Shown here: positions 56,950 to 64,000 of the stretch, in pieces | How the letters are laid out: each line of letters begins with the position of its first letter | Position numbering within the stretch: position 1 is the stretch's first letter | DNA from: Guillardia theta CCMP2712 | Taxonomy: Eukaryota > Protista > Cryptophyta | Length of the DNA stretch: 64,000 bases | Direction: 5' to 3' | Assembly (NCBI RefSeq): GCF_000315625.1 | Contig: NW_005434667.1 | Location: 31,906-95,905 of the forward strand | Notes under the pieces: model-generated | Databases searched by the model: none | Seen by the model: only the letters and a program-made list of their open reading frames with translations | What the model was told of the DNA's origin: nothing | Translations under genes and position numbers: made by a program

Positions 56950-59255
56950 TACTTGAAATCTAAGGTGAAAGATTCAAATTTATGTTAGAATAATGTGGAA
57001 CATGGTACTGAATTTGAAGCTCGACTGCCAAATGTTTTCAAGGAGTCGCTTTCTAGCTAGGAAACATTCCCTATCACTGAGGCGGGCTCGGACCTTTCTA
57101 TCTACAACCGTTGAACCGTTGAACGTGATCGGCGATTGTTGCAGCGTCTCTAATAAGTTGGCAAATCGATTTATTCATCAGTACTCGACTCACGCGAGTT
57201 AGTCCAGCAGCTCCACGCGGACGTTGTTGAAGGTCGGAGGCCCTTGCGAGTGAATGTTGGCAGCTGTCGTTTGGAAGAGCCACTGCAAGAGATCCCTGTT
57301 GCAAGTTGAGAACAAACATTCGGGTCCCACTGCAGACAAGCACCTGTAGAAGCCGAAGAGAGGCTTGGCGGTGGCAATGAGATCTCGGAGCTCCTCTCTC
57401 CTCGCCTTGAACTCGGAGTGAGACTCCTTGGTGATCCTCTCGCGCTCCCTGTGATAATTTCGAAGCACTTGGATCTGAATCTCAATGGTTGTGTCCCACC
57501 ACATCACGACGGACTTGAGAGCTCGCCAGCCGCTGCAACATGCAAGAATGAGCGCATAGCATGAAGAAAATGAAGAGAGCAAGTGCAAGAAGGCATCGAG
57601 GATCTCAGACGAAAGGGAGAGGGAGGAGGAGGAGGAGGAGGAACCACCTCGTCTTTGATTCATCAGGCTTCTCTGTGAGATAATCCTTGACCTCAACAAA
57701 CACGAGTTTCCTCGACGATTCAGAGATGGGAACACCTGCCATCGAAGACATCACTCACTCCGCGGCGATGCAGCAAGTGTGAACATAGAAGAGAGTGCAA
57801 GAGGATGTGCAAGGCACGAGGAAGCCAAGGGGTAATTCATGGTCACCATGGTTTCGAAGAGCCTCGTCGGAGAATCGGAGATTTTCAAGCTGCTTCTGAC
57901 ATCTTCTTGCCTTTTGCCATGTAAGGAAGAAACTGCACAACATTATTTCGCACCTGTTCCTCGTCTCCGACAACAATCTTGAGTCCAAACACGTCTTTCA
58001 CGAATCTAAAAAGCGCTGGTTCGAGCTAGATTCGTCAAAGTCACAAGCACCTTGAGAGATGACGAAGTTGCTTTTCTCTCTTCACGATGTTGTCGATTTC
58101 GAAGATCTCATCAACAACCTTCGAACTCCATGTGAACTTCAATTCGACCAAAGCAGGTATTACCTTGTTCCATATCTCTTCTTCCGCTTTGATCCGTGAG
58201 ATGCATTTGAAAACCCCCCACTCGTTCACCTTCACAACATCACACGTCGATTTCTTCATGATGGCATCTTAGGTATACTTGTAGTGCTTCGTACTCAACA
58301 AAATTGGCAACAAGTGAAGCTTTTGTCCACGAGTTGATCGAGTCTTGCCACATGAACCTCTCGAGCTGCACAGCGAGTGTGAGGACGAGGCACTGGAGAT
58401 ATTTCGCACCTGGCGCGACCCCAAATCAAGATCTGTCTGAGCATACAGCTCCTCAGCAGAGAGGGGCTGCACCAGCTGAAAACGCTGGCCCTGCCCCTTC
58501 GGCCCGACTGATCCTGAAGCGTCAACATGGAAGCGCGAGGACGTGAAGCTGTACCGTTGCGCTGGCCGACGACAACAACCTGCCGGGAGTAGCTGGTGCT
58601 GAAGATCTCGCTCCCGATCAACTCGCACAGCCTGTGCAGCCTCATCTCTCCGCTCCTCACCTGATGAGCGTGAGCGATACACGCGCACAGGAAAGATTCT
58701 CACCATCCTCGAGAACGCTTCCCTCGCTGCTTCAATTTGAGCCCTGGAGAACTGAATGACGTGGACCTGATCTGGAGCATCGTTGATCTTAAGCCGCATC
58801 TCTTGCAGATACTTCACGAGATTGTTGAGGTCTGGCTCTTGTGTGATCATCCATAACGGCGTCACCCACTCTCTCTCGTACAGTTCGTTGTCCACGAAAG
58901 TCTCCCTCTGCCTGTACCTCCACTTCTCTGCCGCCTTTTCAAGAGCCAGCTTCCAGTTCTCCATCATGATCCCAGAATCTTCTTGCATCAGTAGCGTGTT
59001 GGAGTGCAGAGACGCACCGCTGGCGCTCTTCACCCGACGAGTCCTCCATGCCACCTTGGGTGCAGTGAAGGAGGACCGGCCAAGAGGCGAGGCGAGGCAT
59101 GGAGGTGCAGGGAAGTGGAAAGCGAGAGGAGAACAGGCTCGGTCTGAGGCTGCAAGAGGAGAGATGAGTGATGAGCCGGGGAAACCTGCCTGAGCAGGAG
59201 AAGCCAAGGGAACGATCGCTGCCGCCATGGCCAGCATGCGGCCCATCCCCGGCAT
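56950..59255 (-). CDS. Multi-exon hypothetical protein with signal/transit-like N-terminus (possibly upstream exons of the GTPase-ankyrin gene)
   Basis: MLAMAAAIVPLASPAQAGF... followed by a Ser/Arg-rich segment, then short exons. Confidence 0.45.
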
Positions 59256-59574
59256 GTTTTCCCCGCAACTATTAAAACCTTATTTCAAAATGTTTAGAGT
59301 TTCGCAGGAAAATGGCTAATAACGCCGGACTGATTTTTAGGCCTTATACGCAATTTTAAACGATGGCTTAAAACAGTTTTAGATGAGATCCGCTCAGATA
59401 TAAAGGAGAGCCATGCGCGCTTTATGGGAGAGGGAGGGGGAGGCAGAGGAAGGGAAGCAAGCAGATGCAGGAGATGTGAGAGGTTGAAGCGATGATGAAG
59501 ATCGATCTCACGTGAGGGATGTCAGTGAAGGTCAGGGACTCACAACTAGATCATTCGAGATACCAGCATCGCCG

Positions 59575-62500
59575 ATGAAAGGATTCTCTTCGTCTTGTGC
59601 GCTTATCATGATGCCTTCAGATGTCTGGCCTGATCAACTCGATCGGGGTCTTCATCACCTATCGACTTCTCAAAGTTGGGTAAGGAAAAACTCATACGAC
59701 CTTGCCTTGTTGCTCTTCCTCCTTCCATCTCTCCCATCTCATCTTTAGCTCGTCTCTCACTGAAGATCTTAGGATCTTCCTGTTTGAGAAGAACATGATG
59801 CCAGGTGATTGAAGGCATGCGAGCTCTCACAACCTTACCACTTGCAGACTTCCTTACAAGATGGGGAATGAGAAGGCTCCTCGAGACAAACCTGGTACAC
59901 CGAATTCCTCCTCCTCTCTCTCTCCCTCCCTCCCTCCCTCCCTCCCCTCCCTTCCTCCCTCTGTGCGTTCTTGCGATCATCGTGGGAAGCAAAGCAGCTG
60001 TTGACTGTGACGTTTTCAAGGTGCCGAAGGACGTCGAAGTTCAGCGGTCAAGCTTCATGGAGTACGTGGAGAGCCTGAAGAAACTTCCAATCGCCATGAA
60101 CACAGCCGATGCGAATGACCAGCACTACGAACTCCCTCCAGGCAAGGGGAGAGAGGAGGGAGGAGAGAGGAGAGAGCGATGAACGGGAAGAAAGATTCTT
60201 GACTGGGATGTTCTCAGAGTTCTTTTTCCCCATCATGGGAGATCGTCTCAAGTACAGCTGCTGCATCTTCAAGCCCAGCACGCACCTAGACGACATCAAC
60301 ACGGCTGAGGTGAGAACAGGCGTGTCCTCGTACCTGCTGACTAGCTGCTTGCAGATCGACTCCCTCCGACAGGTTGAGGAGAGGGCCGAGCTAGTGGACG
60401 GGCTTGACATCCTCGAGCTGGGGGTAACAGCATGGTTGACCTGCGGCGAGGATGAGCTGAAGTGTCTGGCAGTGTGGATGGGGATCACTGTCGCTGTACA
60501 TGGCGGAGAGATTTCCAAAGTCGAGGATTACCTCGGTTTCAAACTCGAATGGGTGAGAAGAGAGATCTATATGTTGAGAAGAGAGATCTATATGTTGAGA
60601 AGAGAGATCTATATGTTGAGAAGAGAGATCTATATGTTGAGAAGAGAGATCTATATGTTGAGAAGAGAGATCTATATGTTGAGAAGAGAGATCTATATGT
60701 TGAGAAGAGAGATCTATATGTTGAGAAGAGAGATCTATATGTTGAGAAGAGAGATCTATATGTTGAGAAGAGAGATCTATATGTTGAGAAGAGAGATCTA
60801 TATGTTGAGAAGAGAGATCTATATGTTGAGAAGAGAGATCTATATGTTGAGAAGAGAGATCTATATGTTGAGAAGAGAGATCTATATGTTGAGAAGAGAG
60901 ATCTATATGTTGAGAAGAGAGATCTATATGTTGAGAAGAGAGATCTATGTGTTGAGAAGAGAGATCTATATGTTGAGAAGAGAGATCTATGTGTTGAGAA
61001 GAGAGATCTATATGTTGAGAAGAGAGATCTATATGTTGAGAAGAGAGATCTATATGTTGAGAAGAGAGATCTATATGTTGAGAAGGAGATCTATATGTTG
61101 ACAAGGAGATCTATATGTTGAGAAGAGGATATGGCGATGTGAGGAGATCTGTAGTGAATTTTGGAAAGAAGCTTGACGCTTTTGTAGACAGAGACAGCAC
61201 ATCGAGGCCCGAGCAAAAGAACGCGGGCTGAAAAATCTCACAGGTATTTCACCTGCCCTGTTGCAATGAAGAAGATTGTTGTACTGATAAGTTTCCTGCT
61301 TGCAGTGATCACATGCGACATGAACAACTTCGAAGCTCCCGAGGGCAAGCGGTAAGTGAACAGAACAAAATGAAAGAAGAAGTTGAAGAATGGCATAATG
61401 CTGTTTGATGACGATGGCGATTGACAATTCCCTTGCAGTTTCGATCGCATCTGCAGCATTGAGATGTTCGAGCACATGAAGAATTATGACACTCTGATGG
61501 GTATGAAAAGAAAGACAAAAGGAGGAGAGGAGAGGAGAGGAGAGGAGAGGAGAGGAGAGGAGAGGAGAGGAGAGGAGAGGAGAGGAGAGGAGCTAAAACC
61601 TATGCTACCAGGCAAGTGCGTCAAGTGGTTGAAGCCAGGAGGGAAAATGTTTATCCACATCTTTGTGCACAAGGTGAGAAAGGGAGGAGGGGAGGGGGAG
61701 GAAAGGGAGGGAGAGCGAAGAACAAAGGAATGAGAGACTGATTGTTGCTGCAGCATCTCGCATACAATTTTGAAACTGAAGGAGATGACAACTGGATGGG
61801 AAAATACTTCTTCACCGGAGGTAGTTGAGGAAGAGATTCCAGAGAAAAGGATGAAACGGGAAGAGGAAAGAGAAAGGAGGGAGCCAGGAAGAAGATGTTT
61901 GAGGAGGAGGAGGGAGGAGGAGGNNNNNNNNNNNNNNNNNNNNNNNNNNNNNNNNNNNNNNNNNNNNNNNNNNNNNNNNNNNNNNNNNNNNNNNNNNNNN
62001 NNNNNNNNNNNNNNNNNNNNNNNNNNNNNNNNNNNNNNNNNNNNNNNNNNNNNNNNNNNNNNNNNNNNNNNNNNNNNNNNNNNNNNNNNNNNNNNNNNNN
62101 NNNNNNNNNNNNNNNNNNNNNNNNNNNNNNNNNNNNNNNNNNNNNNNNNNNNNNNNNNNNNNNNNNNNNNNNNNNNNNNNNNNNNNNNNNNNNNNNNNNN
62201 NNNNNNNNNNNNNNNNNNNNNNNNNNNNNNNNNNNNNNNNNNNNNNNNNNNNNNNNNNNNNNNNNNNNNNNNNNNNNNNNNNNNNNNNNNNNNNNNNNNN
62301 NNNNNNNNNNNNNNNNNNNNNNNNNNNNNNNNNNNNNNNNNNNNNNNNNNNNNNNNNNNNNNNNNNNNNNNNNNNNNNNNNNNNNNNNNNNNNNNNNNNN
62401 NNNNNNNNNNNNNNNNNNNNNNNNNNNNNNNNNNNNNNNNNNNNNNNNNNNNNNNNNNNNNNNNNNNNNNNNNNNNNNNNNNNNNNNNNCTCTCGTAAAC

Positions 62501-63361
62501 TTGACCTCTCCTCCCACATCTCCTCCTCCTCTCCCTCTATCCTTCTCCATCTTCCACTCCACATACAGTTCTGTCCTGTCCTGTCCTGTTCTGTCCTGTC
62601 CTGTCCTGTCCTGTCCTGTCCTGTCCTGTCCTGTCCTGTCCTGTCCTGTCCTGTCCTGTCCTGTCCTGTCCTGTCCTGACCTCCCTCTCAATTCCGCTCT
62701 CGACATCTCGCCAGCATCATCGCTCCTTCTTTCGTTTTCCTCCTCTCACGATTATTTCAGAGGTCTGGCTTCGTAGGATGGATCGTAACATGAAGACTAT
62801 CCGCCCCATCCTTTCCAAGGTTGAGCTCTTCCTCCCGCTCACCCTTTCCCTTCTTTCTTCTTTCCCACCCCAGTGCTCTGCTCTGCTCTGCTTTCCTCCT
62901 TCTTCCCTGCTCTTCTCCCCTCCTGCTCTCCTTTACTGCTCTTGACACCTACGGCAGGTGTATGGAGAGGAGAACGTCACGCTCTGGACGGCCAGGTGGA
63001 GGGGCTTCTTCCTCGCATGCTCGGAGCTTTTCAAGTAAGAGGAGGAGGGAAAGGAAAGAGCGCGAAGAACGAGGGAGAGGGAGGGAGGGAGGGAGGGAGG
63101 GAGGGAGGGAGGGAAACGACGACGACGACAAGAATGGAGGGGAGGGGAGGGAAAAAAAGTGACGGGGGGAGAGAGGAGGGAAGGAAAAGAATTCGTGAAG
63201 GAGAGGAGGAGGACAGCAGGACAAGATACCAAGAGTCTTCTCCTCTCCTCACCATCACGAAAACTTCATCCTTATCTCCTTACACATGTTGTTGCAGCTA
63301 CAACCGCGGCAACGAGTGGTACGTCAGCCACTATCTCTTTGAGAAGCCATCGAACATGTAA
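59575..63361 (+). CDS. SAM-dependent methyltransferase, CMAS / coclaurine N-methyltransferase-like
   Basis: ANDQHYELP, LKYSCC, ILELG-CGWGSLS, SVSNS, FDRICSIEMFEHMKNY, LKPGGKMFIHIF, WMGKYFFTGG, WYVSHYLF. Interrupted by an N gap; start uncertain. Confidence 0.9.
60553..61120. repeat. 21-bp intronic minisatellite (TGAGAAGAGAGATCTATATGT) x~26
   Basis: Near-perfect tandem array starting at the intron donor (GTGAGA). Confidence 0.97.
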
Positions 63362-63520
63362 GTAGAGAGGAACAAGGGATAGACATCGGCCCGTCCTTGT
63401 CTTCGTTCCATGTTTCTCTTGCATCTCATGATAAGAAAACAACAACATGTCATCTCTTCTGCTCCACGTCCTGCCTGACCTTCAAACTCTCCTCCTTTCA
63501 CAAGCTCGTCTCCTGCTTTT

Positions 63521-63850
63521 CTAGTGCAGCAATTTCCCTCCTTGCTCGAAAGGCATCCAACAGCCTCCTGCCGGAACGAAACTCGACGATCCTGCCTGGC
63601 AGTACTCCACGACCTGTACAGGAGGTGAGAAGGAGAAGAGTGGAAGAAGAGCGAGGAGAAGAGAGTCAGTGGAGAGAGCATGGAAGAGGACAGCAGAGAT
63701 GTCTCGTACCTCCAGCCATTGTTGTTTCCTTCCACCGGCTTGTCGAGGACGTGCACTTTTCCCTTGAGCACAGCTCCATTGCGAGGCCAGTCGGGTTTTG
63801 ACCCAGCCTTGCCTCCTCGTGGGTCATCTCGCCAGAACATTCCAGAGCAG
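63521..63850 (-). CDS. Small hypothetical protein, last exons
   Basis: MFWRDDPRGG...WPRNGAVLKG...W / EYCQAG...WMPFEQGGKLLH*, joined by an intron; 5' end unresolved. Confidence 0.55.
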
Positions 63851-64000
63851 CTACCGGCTGCTCGACGTGTCAGCTGAACAAAGAGTTGAAGGGCTTGTTT
63901 TCCTCTTCTCCCTCCTTGCTACTCTTTCCTCTCATCTCCCTCGCCTCACTTCATTCTGAACTACTTGCTCACCCCCCCCCTACTCTCTCTCTCTCTCTCT

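Overview
Eukaryotic nuclear DNA: gene-dense, with many short (~45-60 nt) GT-AG introns, two N gaps (7389-8174, 61924-62489) and plant-type telomeric words (TTTAGGG/CCCTAAA). The overall style suggests a cryptophyte alga of the Guillardia/Hanusia type; this is an inference, not a database result. Recognisable genes: a UMP-CMP kinase, a minimal SET-domain protein, a UBAC2-like rhomboid pseudoprotease with a UIM, a GBP2/HRB1-like triple-RRM protein, an FHA-RING (RNF8/CHFR-like) ligase, an FkbM methyltransferase, mitochondrial ATP synthase beta, a GTPase-ankyrin protein and a CMAS/coclaurine-NMT-like methyltransferase. The most unusual parts are three. (i) A ~5 kb mosaic at 1.7-6.6 kb whose modules are joined by short same-orientation telomeric tracts; it carries an overlapping chain of orphan ORFs with ATGA stop/start overlaps, a duplicated small gene and a 20-bp minisatellite, with a third fragment at 18.8 kb. 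(ii) A 2556-aa secreted protein built from eight copies of an unassigned LPxGW module, one of which carries a precise in-frame insertion of an L-type lectin domain. (iii) Recurrent non-repetitive ACCC/GGGT-rich and CCGG-rich intergenic islands. Exon boundaries of multi-exon genes were read by eye and are approximate.
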